From: Macrostomum lignano
Lineage: Eukaryota
Direction of reading: 5' to 3'
NCBI GenBank assembly: GCA_002269645.1
Contig: NIVC01000127.1
Location: 310,001 to 374,000 of the forward strand
Length of the DNA: 64,000 bases
In this document: positions 47,299 to 59,900 of the stretch, in pieces
Position numbering within the stretch: the first letter of the stretch is position 1
How the letters are laid out: each line of letters starts with the position of its first letter
Translations under genes and position numbers: made by a program
The notes under the pieces: model-generated
The model's input: the letters and a program-made list of their open reading frames with translations, nothing else
Database searches by the model: none
Told to the model about the DNA's origin: nothing

Positions 47299-50037
47299 TC
47301 AAGCGACGCCTGGCAACATGGAGGCGAGCAGGGCGCAGAGGCACAGCGCAAAGGCCAGGCTCAGCAGCAGCCGCAGGCAGCGGGCGGAGCCGCGAGCTGG
47401 GCGGGCAGCAGTCGGGCGGCCCCAGCCGCGCAGGCGAAACCAGGTGACGCACTCGGTCAAATCGTTGCTAACGGTGGGCTGGTAGCCCAGCGCATCGGCG
47501 GCGGCGGCCACGCTAAAATAATGCGTGACGCCGGTTTTGCACACCTCGGCTCTGGTTAGCCAGGGCTCGAACTCCAGGCCGAGCCGGTTAGCAACGGAGT
47601 GGGCCAGTTCGGCTAGCCAGGCCAGGCCATAGACAGCGTGATACGGCGCCGCCAGGCAGGGCGTCGGGTAGCCGAGGCCGCCGGCCAGCTTGGCGAAGAA
47701 GTCGAAATTCGGCGTCGGCGCACCGTCGGAGAGGAAGAAGGCGCGGCCGGCGACGCGGCGATCACCAAGCAGCAGGCGGTCGGCGGCCTTCACGTGACCC
47801 TTCCAGGGCGGCGGGCAGTGGCGGTTTTTGTTAGCGCGATGCTTGCTAAGCCTAATTCATATTTATATACAATTTTAACCGGCTCTTTCTTAGAAATGTG
47901 CTTTCTTAGAAAATCTCGAAACTCCCCATCTTTTGACGTAGAAAGTAAAACTAAAACCTGACAGCTCTGGTTTCATAGAAAGGCCTTAAATTTTTCTAAG
48001 AAACAACGTTATTCTTTAGTAGAATTTTTTCTAGGCCCCAATTTCTTAGAAACTTTGAACGTCTTCCGAAATCTCTTTTTTTAAAATAAAAATTATGCAT
48101 CCGTTTTTCGTAGAAAATTTTGTTTAAATTCTTCTACTTTCTTAGAAACAATCATAAATCAGAGATAAGTGAATATTCCTAGAAAGTTGCCGCCTCACCT
48201 GCACCAAATTGTCGATGTGCAGAAAGTCCACGTCGGCCTGTCGCAGGCCCCAGCGCACGCGGAATGCGCCGACGGCCATGAAACCGACGGCGCGCGGCAG
48301 GTGACGCTGCTCGCCGGGGCCATAGACTCCGGCTAGGCGGAGAGCGCAGGTGAGCAGGCCTGAGTTCGAGTTGGCGGACAGCACCAGCTGCTCAGCCTCG
48401 CTTTTGGTTCGGCTGTACGCGTCCACGTGCTGAGCGGGGGCGATAGGGAATTATCAATAGGCGATTTTACTAATAGGCGATTTTTCTAATAGGCGATTTT
48501 TCAAAATGCAATTTTTCAAGGCGATTTTTCTGATAGGTGATTTTTCTAAAAAACGATTTTTCTGATAGGCGACTTTTCTAATAGGCGATTTTACTAATGG
48601 GGGATTTTTCTAATAGGCGATTTTTCTTAAACGGCGATTTTTCAAGGCGATTTTTCTACAAGGCGATTTTCTGATAGGTGATTTTTCTAAAAGGCGATTT
48701 TTCTGATAGGCGATTTTTCTAAAAGGCAATTCTTTCAGCTCGTACATCCAATTTTTATTTTAGGCGATTTCATAGCCAGCGGTGTTTTTATTAGCCGCTT
48801 TTAATTATAGGCAAAGTAGTTCAGCGGTGACGCGGCTGGCTCTCGTCGCAGGTCATTGTAAGAAATTCAGGACCCCGTGTACACCCCGTGTGAGTGTGTG
48901 CGAACTGGCCGTGACTGCTCGCCTCCTCCTTGCTGACTGTCATTAGGCTGTCCGTGCCTCATGGCCTCTCCGTCCATCGAATTCGACTTCGGCAGCCGCT
49001 AACTTAACGATTTCAAAGACTTTTCAATCATAAGCCTGCGAGCTCACCCGATCCATCGGCAGATACGGCAGGGTCTCGTCGCCGTTGCGAATCTCCTGCC
49101 CGCCGAACACCACATTGTAGGTGCTCGTGTACACCAGGGCCTTCACGCCGTGCTTCTGGCAGGCTGCCGTTTAAATAAAGATTGGCCATTTGCACTGATC
49201 TCTCTGCACCCTCGATGACCTGCCCGATCTCTCTGTACCCTCTATGACCTGTCCGATCTATCTGCACCCTCTATGACCTGCCAGATCTCTCTGCACCCTC
49301 TATGACCTGCCCGATCTCTCTGCACCCTCTATGACCTGCCCGATCTCTCTGCACCCTCTATGACCTGCCCGATCTCTCTGCACCCTCTATGACCTGCCCG
49401 ATCTCTCTGCACCCTCTATGACCTGCCCGATCTCTCTGCACCCTCTATGACCTGCCCGATCTCTCTGCACCCTCTATGACCTGTCCGATCTATCTGCACC
49501 ATCTATGACCTGCCCGATCTCTCTGCACCCTCTATGACCTGCCTGATCTCTCTGCACCCTGACCTTCAGATCTCTCCGCACCTTGGTCCTTATACCTTCC
49601 TTGCTTTCCGCACGTACCCGCAATGACATTCCGAGTGCCAACCACATTAACAGCGTAGATCTTGTCCTTCTTCAGCTGCAAGTTGCAACGATATTGAAGT
49701 GTTGATACTGAATGGCAACAAAAAAGTTTACACAGGCATCTCCTACCATCTCGCCGCCCGACATGCCAAAAGAAGCTACGTGGAAAACGCAATCATATCC
49801 AGCAGAAACAGCCCGGTCCACGTCTTTGAGCTTGGCGACGTCAACCTGCACGCGCTTGAACTTGCTATCGTCCGAGCTGAACCGCAAGTCAGCAAGGCTG
49901 ACAGAATCTCCGCGAGCCGCCAGAACCTGGGCAAGACTTTGGCCAACATAGCCGCCTCCGCCAGTGATAAGGAATCGGTGGCTGGGCGCCGACAGACGGT
50001 TGCTAAGGGCGCTGCTGCTGCGCAATTCGACAGGCAT
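47299..50037 (-). CDS. SDR42E1: Short-chain dehydrogenase/reductase 42E1 (3-beta-HSD/NSDHL-like extended SDR); exons 50037-49747, 49675-49618, 49163-49048, 48429-48199, 47799-47299; 398 aa
   Basis: Rossmann ITGGGGYVG, CVFHVASFGMSG, LVYTSTYNVVFGGQEIRNGDE, catalytic YSRTK, GVYGPGEQRHLPR, LTRAEVCKTGVTHYFS, C-terminal TM helix. Phases are consistent. Confidence 0.93.
48455..48770. repeat. aggcgatttt(t)cta short tandem (SDR42E1 intron)
   Basis: Degenerate units visible. Confidence 0.85.
49195..49575. repeat. 29-bp minisatellite ctctctgcaccctctatgacctgcccgat (SDR42E1 intron)
   Basis: Tandem units visible. Confidence 0.93.
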
Positions 50038-50129
50038 TGTCGAATATCGATTACTTTAAATAACTTCTGTACCTTTTGTATTAATTGAAATTTTTCAGCT
50101 GAAAATTTTCATTAAGACCATAGTATAAA

Positions 50130-50586
50130 CGTACTAAAGTACTAACGTGCTAAAGTACTAACGTACTAACGTACTAAAGTACTAACGTACTAAAGTACTA
50201 ACGTACTAAAGTACTAACGTACTAAAGTACTAACGTACTAAAGTACTAACGTACTAAAGTACTAACGTACTAAAGTACTAACGTACTAAAGTACTAACGT
50301 ACTAAAGTACTAACGTACTAAAGTACTAACGTACTAAAGTACTAACGTACTAAAGTACTAACGTACTAAAGTACTAACGTACTAAAGTACTAACGTACTA
50401 AAGTACTAACGTACTAAAGTACTAACGTACTAAAGTACTAACGTACTAAAGTACTAACGTACTAAAGTACTAACGTACTAAAGTACTAACGTACTAAAGT
50501 ACTAACGTACTAAAGTACTAACGTACTAAAGTACTAACGTACTAAAGTACTAACGTACTAAAGTACTAACGTACTAAACTACTAAC
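50130..50586. repeat. Near-perfect 16-bp repeat gtactaaagtactaac
   Basis: About 28 units, identical apart from the ends. Confidence 0.96.
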
Positions 50587-51224
50587 AGGCGAGACTTACC
50601 TTAGTACTTTACAGGATTCTTTACAGTATTCTGTAAATATAAACTTGTACTAAACTACACAAATTTAATGAAGACAAGACACAGAAGGCAAAACGCTTTT
50701 AACTCCAATGGATCGACAAACTGCGGAAAACAGAAAATGCCGTCAGTTCATGCTTAACAACTAGAGTTGGCCAGCATAGGAAGAAGCAGATTGACTGTTT
50801 AAGTTGTATTTATTTGTTGTTTCGATCTTTGCTTTTCACAATAATTCACAAAGCAACCTGTGGCATACAAGGATGAACAAACATGTAAACCTTTGTATAT
50901 AGGAACTCAAAATCAGAGCTAAAATATCTGCACTAGATATTAGAATCCTGTATCATATTCTAGAATTCTGTACCAGACAATACAATCCTGTGCAAGACCC
51001 TACAATCCTGTACCAGACCTTAGAACCCATGCCAGACCCTAGAATGAGACACCAAATACAAGCATGCTAGTTATACTACATAATTCTTTAACCAAAGACC
51101 CACACGCAGTTCCCAACAAGACTCCCTAATAATTCCTCTTCCGTTAGAACAACGCAGGTAATGCCACGAATATTTCTCATTCGAATCAGTTGAGACAGAG
51201 AGTCAGTTCCAAAGTCACTGGCCT

Positions 51225-54200
51225 TTATTTGGCTTCCCCATCAGCTGACGCCTCCAGACCCTTCTTCCTGTAGCGCTTGTGAGGATATTTACGCCGCCAG
51301 GCAGTCCGCGACCTCGGCTCCAACATGCTGCGCCGCTGGTAGCTCTTCACGGCGTCCACAAACAGGTCGCCCTCGGGCCGCAGCTGCCGCAGGCTGGGCG
51401 CCAGTTCGTCGGCCAGTTTAAACTCGGCTTCGGGCTCCTCGAACCTGTGCCGGCCCAGCCGTTTGGTGCCAGAGGCGCGTTCGCGGCGCTTAGCAAGCCG
51501 CGCCTGACGCTGACGGTCGCCGGCGGCCAGAGAACGGCCAACTTGGCGGCTCAGCTCGGTCAGGCGGTCCAAATCGACTGATTGGCGCTTGCGGCGCTTC
51601 AACTCGGCGGCCTGGGCGCGCTGGCGGCGCACCTCAGCGTTCTGCTTGCTGCTGGTGCGGCCGGCCGGCTGGAATAAAACAAAATTGTTAAAAGAGCAAA
51701 TTTAGTAACATTGGACTAGCCAATGCGCCCCCCCTCGGGTGCAAAACTCCTAATGCTGAACTTTAGACCAATAGCAAGACCAACCTAATTAGAATTAGGG
51801 ACGTAACACCTAAATTTCTTAGAATTGTTTTGAAGGCCGACTTTATGGAAGAGATGACCTACCATAATAGGAAATACCATAATAGTATTATTATTAGTAT
51901 TATTTTGTCTTTGGAACTAGTCGTGCGCTTCACACCCACTAGTGAGGGCCAATCTTCAAAACACAGAGATCGAGTGTGACATGCCTGAATTTCTCAGGGC
52001 CGCTGTACACTCGGGAGTGAGCTTGTATGTTTGCATGTGCTTAGGAGTCAGTGGAATTGGCAGTATCGCTGCATTACTGGCTAAAGAATGATGTCTATTA
52101 TGCTTGTAGGGTGTCCAAGATGTCTAAGGTGTCTAGTTCTAGAACTCTACAAATCCCATGAGGTTGTAGTGTGAGCATCTTTTGCGTATTCTATTAGTTA
52201 GGTTTTGCATTATTGTTATTGAATTATTATTTTGCTTTAGTTTAGTCATACGTTTTTGGTGTACTTTTTCCTTGTTAGTTAGAATCAATTTTGCGTAAAC
52301 AGGTTAGAGTTAGACGCCATTTGTGACTCAGCGGAGGGTTGAGTTTTTCTGCGAACCCCAGCTTTGCGCGGCCAGCCAATCAGAACCGGCCTGGACCCTG
52401 GCACGCGGCAAGTTTCAATTCTACCCGGCGCCGCGGGCACAGTACAATTCGGCTTAGCAAGCGGCCGGCCAGACGACCACCACCCGGCTTGAGGGGGTTT
52501 TGAGGGGTTGTGACTCTGACTATATATGAAAGTGTGTTTGGCAATCAGATCTCGCCTTCCTTTCCGCCTTTCGTTCCCCGGTTCTTGGTTTTGTCCAGCT
52601 TCCCGGCCGGTGGCCTAGCTGTTTCCCTTTGGTTCGCGCTTTGAGGCGTTTTGATTCGTCACCCCCGGTCCATATCTTTGTTCCCTTGCCCAACCGCTTC
52701 AGTCTTGTGGCGTAACGCCTACGGCAAATTCCTGTCTGAAGTCGTCGCTGTCAAGCGCGGTTAGATAGAGACTGTCGGATCTGATCAAGTACGCGGCCTC
52801 GACCCCGAGGGCCTCAGTGTTACACTGAAGGGCAGTGCCGATAGAATTTAGTCGGTACTCCGTTGAACGGTCGGTTCGGCAGGGCTCTCGTTTGAGAGTA
52901 GGTTCTGGTTTAGGCCAGGGGTTAGGAGTCTTCTCCGTGGTCGTGTTCGGTTTTCTTCCTCTTCTTCATCAGCTGAGATCTGCTTGTCAGTTGCGTAATC
53001 TAATTATTATTATTAACCGTTATTGTCGTTTTGTCAACTCTAGTTATCTGCGCCGTTTGAATTTGAATCTTGTAACTTGAAGTAATCAAATTAAATCGTC
53101 TAGCCAATTATCAGTTTGTATCACATAGGATTATCACTCTCTAAATCTTTCGGTTTGTGTTCCCTCGTGTTCTTTCTTTTCTGGTACTGTACCTGCGGCT
53201 ATTGGAGAAGACTGGTAGGACTCGCCGACCGGCGATAGGCGATTAGGATTAATAGCTTTAAAATCTCTGACGCTCCAAGTAGGTTTGTCTAGGGCCTAAA
53301 TAATTGCTCACCGTGCATGCTATTTATCTAATTGCCTTTTTATCACAAGGTGGCCGCGCGATTCGATGGCTGCTTTCTTAGACAGATGGTGTGCAAGTTT
53401 AAAAGCTTTAAAGAGAGATTCGCATCGCATTCTTTACTCGCTACTCGTTAATAGATTGACTTGCACAAAGTCCTTCAGAAACCTACTGGTTCTGAAAGTT
53501 TGCCTTTATTATTAAGTTACCTGGTCCGACTTTGCGACGGGCGGCGGTTCGCTAGGCGTCGAATCGTCCACTTCTTTGTCAACAATGTCATCGCCCTCGC
53601 CCTCGCTATCGCTCTCAAACAGTCCGGCCGCCATCTCCTTGTCATTGGCGGCAGCGAGCGCCGCCGCGGCGCCAGCTGTACCAGGGAAATGGCGCTCCAT
53701 CTGGCCGTGAAGCCGCTTGGCCCGGGACTCCTTGACCAACTCGGACTGGGTGGCCGCGGCCAGCATGGCCTCGTGATCGGCCAGAGAAGGATTGTATGAA
53801 GCGCCAGGCTGGGGCACCGGACAGGCTGGCGCCGAGCTAGTGCCGGTTCGAAACCGGCGCTTAACAGGCGCTTGACGAGTGCAGCGCATTTGATGCAGCA
53901 CCAGATCTTTGATATCGGTGTCAGCTGACGACTCGGGCTTGGGGTCCGAGCCCCACAGGTCCATGGTCTGTGGACCGGCTGCCTTGTCCTGATCGGCAGC
54001 GGCCGCATGTTTGACCAGGCGATCCAACGGCCGAGAATTGAATTTCTTTTGACGCTTCGACTCGGCGACTGGAGCGGAGGCGGCGCCCGATGGCAGCGAC
54101 TCGTGGCAGCGAAGGCCGGACAGAATCCGCGAGGTGGCCGAGGAGCCGCTGCCCTCAACCTTGGCTTGCTGCTGTTGCTGCCGGCTCTGGCGCCGCCGCT

Positions 54201-54924
54201 GGCCCGGCTCGCCGACGTCAATGAAGAATCCACCACTGCGGCGTCTGGAGGCGAAAAATGAAGCATTGGAGCCTTGCTGCTTTGGTTTTTAATTAGTGTT
54301 TCACAGATTATAAGCTGGCGCCACATCCAATTTCCTAGATTTCAGCTGGCGCCACATCTATATCCCTAGATTTCGGCTGGCGCCACAGCCAATTCCATAG
54401 ATTTCGGTAGGGCCACAGCCAATTCCATAGATTTCGGTTGGCGCCGCAGCCAACTGCCTAGATTTCAGTTGGCGCCACATCTATATCCTAGATTTCAGTT
54501 GGCGCCACATCTACATCCTAGATTTCCGTTGGCGCCACACCTATATCCTAGCTTTCGATTGGCGCCACATCTATATCCTAGATTTCAGTTGGCGCCACAT
54601 CTATATCCTAGATTTCAGTTGGCGCCACATCTATATCCTAAACTTCAGTTGGCGCCACATCTATATCCTAGATTTCGGTTGGCGCCACAGCAAATTCTCT
54701 AGATTTCGGTTGGCGCCAAAAACCTCTCCCAACAGATTTCCCGTGAGCTCCATCAACTGAGTTGGAAAACATCAATCAAGAGGTCGCCCCAGAACGCACC
54801 TGATCAGCTCTGCCGTGGTCTGTTCTGGCAGCAAATTATCAACATCTCGAGACAATTTGCGCCAAGTCTTCTTTTTATTTCTTGATAATCTCAGCCGCTT
54901 GGCTGCTGGCTTAGCCGGGTCGGC
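51225..54924 (-). CDS. NOP53: Ribosome biogenesis protein NOP53/GLTSCR2; exons 54924-54800, 54244-53521, 51668-51225; start codon not identified
   Basis: SRNKKKTWRK, GFFIDVG, PGASYNPSLADH, and C-terminal KRLGRHRFEEPE...LRQLRPEGDLFVDAVKSYQRRSMLEPR. GT-AG introns in phases 2 and 0. Confidence 0.92.
51960..52070 (+). mobile_element. SINE core fragment in NOP53 intron 2
   Basis: gagtgtgacatgcctg..agggccgctgtacactc..ggagtcagtggaattggcagta matches the SINE body and 3' part. Confidence 0.65.
54312..54720. repeat. 30-bp minisatellite ttggcgccacatctatatcctagatttcag (NOP53 intron 1)
   Basis: Tandem units visible. Confidence 0.93.
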
Positions 54925-56450
54925 CTGAAATAAAAATTGCTGGAGTTTATTTTTGTTGTCGTGTAATGCTTCTGCCAAATGCAATCTGGCAATCCTCATT
55001 CTGTATGTGACAGGCCTAGGGGGATTTGTGTCACAGGGCGTGTCGTGACACATCACCTTCAATTTTGGCTACCTGGATTTGGACCCCGGATGCCAAATTA
55101 GCACCAGATGGTGATTAGTAGTTTTTGGAATTTCCTGGAAAAATAGTTATTTTCATCACATAGCCAATGATTGCGTTTGATTGGGGAAAGTAAAGATAAT
55201 AATTCTTTTAATTTAGCTTGCACTACATGTTACTCTGCAGTGCATTTCTGCTAGGTAATCTTCACTGCGCAAGATCAAATGCAATCATTGATTTTGTGAT
55301 GAAAAAAAGATTTTTTCCTTTTACCGCCGTGAATTTTTTGCAGCAAATCGGCCTCCAAAAAAACTACACGATCTTTGAGTTTTACGTCCTGTTATACTAC
55401 TTGTAAGACTTGTATGTGGGCTCAGCAGTGTAACTGGTAGGGTAGGGATGTTAGTACTTTATTTGATTTCCAATTTTTGACTGATGCCTAGGACCGCAAA
55501 AAGTAGATTAACTACAGATAGATATGTCACTCCTAGAAAATGCGCTTATCTACTTATTTAGTAGTAATGTTAGTGTTTTTTAATAGAAAAACTATGAGAT
55601 TATAAATTTTAGTACCTGTGGTTTTACGCTTAAAAATCCTATTGTCAGACAGATAAATAAACAAAAGAATTAAAAGTTTTGATTTTCCAGTTTAACTGAA
55701 ACCAAATAAACACGCGAATATGGTTTAGCATTAAAATATAAAAAAACGATCAAAGAGTGTTATCCAACGGTAGAAAAAACCTTCGGAACACCAACATAGC
55801 TTAGCATAGATAATGTGTATTAAAATCCGGTAATGAAGTCATGACGGTGAGTAGATAAGCAGCAAAATCTATTGAAATAAAGCCAACGCATCAATGATCC
55901 CAATATACATAAACACTTGGCATTACGAAGGCACAGAAACTTCTTTGTGTTTGACGTCGCAAACAAAATAAATAACGGAATGCAGTCCGATAAATAAAAT
56001 AGAAAATGAGCAGCTTCATAACGCATAATAAGTTATAACGAGGCACAAAATTAGCAAGGATAGGACAAAGTACAGCTGTGTGCTTAGAACTTGTGACCAG
56101 TTGAAACTTTTCTTGCTTAACAGTTTCAACTGGATTTGAACTTGCTAAACTCTAGGTCAGTTTTAAATAAATTTCTCTTAAGAAATAAAGATAACAGTCT
56201 GATGGACCGGGTGAAAACGGTGCCTTGGACCAAGAAGCGTCCCAAGAAGTGTCATTTGCTTCGCCCCAGAGTTGTTTCAGGTAACACAGGTAAAGTAGGA
56301 AAGGAAGTGTAAAAAGCGAAAGAAAAGAATATTGATTTTTTATTAGTGGATAGCTGAACCTCCTGTCCAGGTCTGTTTGAGTAGTCCATGACAGGCGTCT
56401 TGTATGCATCAGCATGGTTCAGAAAAGTACTTTCATCTGGATTCCAGGTC

Positions 56451-56903
56451 TCATTCAATTTCCAGCAGAAGATCGGCCTTCCCGTTGTTCTGCTCCACTT
56501 TGCTGCACTCGCCGAAGCCGGCAGACTCGCCGTCGCACTGGACAGACACAGAGCGCGTGCTGTGCTCCTCATAGCCGAATAGGCAGCTATCGATCAGGCT
56601 TGAGCAGCAGTACAATGCCACTACTAGGAGCAGCAATAGCAGCAACAGCAGCAACAGCATCGCTAGATTTGACAGGCCATGCGACCAGCCGAATCGCATC
56701 AGGTAGTGCAGCGGCACGAATCGCCATTCAACAATATACAATTCGTCTCGTTGAATAGCTACGTTGCTGTGGAGGCCGGCGGATCTGGCTTCCAGAATTA
56801 ACTGGCGCAACTGGTGGTCCCGCGTAGCGGTGAAGTTGCGCAGTATAGCCTGCAGAACGCTGCGCGAATCCAGCAGATTTGCGGGGGTATATGCTAGTAA
56901 CAT
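56451..56903 (-). CDS. Uncharacterised 150-aa single-pass membrane protein (may be the last exon of a larger gene)
   Basis: GC-rich open frame within AT-rich flanks. Poly-Leu TM segment AMLLLLLLLLLLLVVALYCC. Acceptor tttacag lies 1 nt before the ATG. No family recognised. Confidence 0.45.
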   Translation of the reverse strand: MLLAYTPANLLDSRSVLQAILRNFTATRDHQLRQLILEARSAGLHSNVAIQRDELYIVEWRFVPLHYLMRFGWSHGLSNLAMLLLLLLLLLLLVVALYCCSSLIDSCLFGYEEHSTRSVSVQCDGESAGFGECSKVEQNNGKADLLLEIE

Positions 56904-59900
56904 ACTGTAAACATTAATTTATATTCAGATTTTTATAGATTTCTATAAAACTGAACTTGATGGTTTAGCATACATTTGAATTTTCTTCGAAACAAGTTCA
57001 CACAAGTTTTAAAACTATATAAACTGCACTATTGTGTCATAAATTGACGGGTTAACTTAATGATAGTGTTGTTCCGCTGGTATTTCTACTATAAGTATGG
57101 TATAACGTAAATACTAACTATATTAATATTATTCTCGTTTTTTACACATACTATCACTTTCAGTAGAGTGGTTAATAAATTATCTGTATAATGTATTATT
57201 GATCATGTGACATCTCTGGCTCTAAAATATTATTTGTGTAGTTTTTCTAGTGGATGCTTTATAATATAAATAAAGCAACTGAGCGCATCTTGCACTTTAA
57301 CTTTACAATTACAACTGGAAAGCTCCTATATTTGGCTATACAACACTTACATCAATAGCTTGACAGAATATAACTTGAAACACTTGAGATGCATCTTTTT
57401 CTCAAACGGATAACTGTGAAACTTATATAATGGACTGAATAGTTTACTAGCAAAATTTTCAACAGATAAATAAATATTAGACTCTAAATTGGAATTCTCA
57501 TACTTCTTTGAAAAGATCATATCATAATCATATGTGCACAGACTTCAGAATTTTAGAGTGAATGAAAGAGCTTTTCTTTCTTTTTCTTTTCATTTTTTAT
57601 GTTTTTTCTTGCTTCATTTTATTTTTCATTCTTTTGCATGCATACTAGGTCAGCTAGGTGTTGCAAATGTATGAAAATGATTATAATTTTAGACCATAGC
57701 TTTTAGATAGAATATATTTCAATAAGCTAGGGTAAAGAATATCAATTAGGGCTTACTTGTCCCATTCAAAAAATATTAGCTAGGCCTTTGTTCAAATAAA
57801 TGCCAAGTAGTTATGTTCTACAATACCCTGATTATAGCTCTGGCTATATAGAATACTAATACTAAGAGAAAGCAAATACTCTTATAGATATACCCAAGGG
57901 AATATTATAGTTAAAAGCTTTTATTATAAATTTTATTGGTTTGCAAAAATTGGAAAGCAAAATAAAAGAGAATTATATCATTAATCAAGCAAAAGGTAAA
58001 AATAAGTATTTTAGTAATAAAAATAGAAAATTTTTATTTTACCGAATTTGTCTTGCTATAATATTAATAATGACTATAGCTATAGTATGTAGTAAGCAAC
58101 CACAAAAATCTAGATACTTATAGATATTGGTTTTTTTCATTTTATTTTATAAAAAGTAAATTCCATTTTAAGCAAAGCTGTTGATCTTGGCAGTTTAGGT
58201 GGCGTTCTTAGATAAGTAAGTGATAAAAAAATTGGCTTTATTCTGCAACACATATTAAACAAAGATTCTAAGGAACTGCTTGCTGAATAGTTGCTATGTA
58301 ATCATCTAGAATTGCAATTATAGGCTTCAACATCTGATGCAATATAGGCCATGATGATTTGCCAATAATGACATTCTGTATTAAAATCACAAAAATCATA
58401 GTGGATCACTAAAAGGAAAAAAATCAATACAATTGATTAGATTAACTAATCTTAACTAATTTTGTATATGAATACAGGCACTTAGACACAAGGGTATAGA
58501 ATTAAGCTATTTTGCTACTTCAAATGTTTTATAAATTGATTATATATAATTTATTGCTATTGCTATTCCTTCTCCAGTGTTAGGTGTTAGAATCTCTAGT
58601 GTCTATCTTTTAAACAACCATGCCGCTCAAATGACCACTCCACTACAATTATAACTACCCTCCCCCAGAATTTGAGGACCCCAGCAGTCAGAGTAAAACA
58701 AGAGAAAGAATTTTGTTGTGATTTGTCTGTGTGACTCTCTGGATTTATTTGTGTGAATGCAACACTGACGGGAATTCAAATGTAGAATCTGTCCTTCTTC
58801 ATTAGTGACAGCAATTGACTTTAATCATCCAAAAAAACTTTCTCCACCCCCACACCCCATCTCCAGCCACCTCATGCATGCGCAACTGCTGGCCGACCTG
58901 GCCGATCTGGCCACAGTAAATTGTGGTGAACCAGGGGTAAGTCGCAAAAATGCCCAACCTAAAGAATACAGACGGAGTACTAATTAGATGACAAGGCATT
59001 TAGCTCTAATAAGACAGTTATAGTTTCTCCTGCCGTTTACCCAAAATTGTGTTAAGGTTTCTTTTACAGGTAAGTTGCATTTTTGGTTGAAAAGTAAGTT
59101 GCATGGCCAGTGTAAATCAGGGGGGTTGCGCATGTATGAGCCACCTCAAAAGTATACAAATTATAGCTACATACATATATAGCACTAAGCAATTTTTACC
59201 TAGAGTGAACTAAATTAAATAGCAATTTCTTGGAAAAATTTATTGATAAAAGAAAAACTGACATTTTTTCACCCACAATCTTTGATTTTGTTTAGTTTCA
59301 TTTTAGGATTTCTATTAAAAATGAATAGAAAGGCAATATAGTTTATCAAAAGATTGCTATATAATAATTATATTTTATTTCATAATTAGGCCTATCTCAT
59401 CTCAATAGTAAAATTATATTTATATACTCATATAGAATATAGGGAGATCATAGAAAGTAAAAAAATAAAAAGTAGTTTTTCAACTAAACTAATAACTGCT
59501 AGTCAGTTAATCAAATCAAGTCAAAACCAACTATAAGTATAAAGGCTATATTTTTAAAGATAAAAAACAAATATGATACAATGGTATATTAAATTTAAAT
59601 TTGTTTTCTATGTTTTTGTGCAGATACATACCTTTTCTTACTTTTATCTTATAACCTTATCTCATTATAAAATTTACTAAGAGATCATAAGATTAAAGTG
59701 AAGGGCACACACACATGGAAGTGCTTATCCCCACTGGCCACAGTCCCATGTCAATAATTTGAATTTTATCCATACAGTTCTATGTCAATAATTTTCAGCT
59801 TATCCCTACAGCTAAGGTTATGCAGTTGCTTGTATTTATTTTTGTGTATTGATGTTAAATTGATAGTCATTATTATTAGTATTATTACTTATTATTATTA

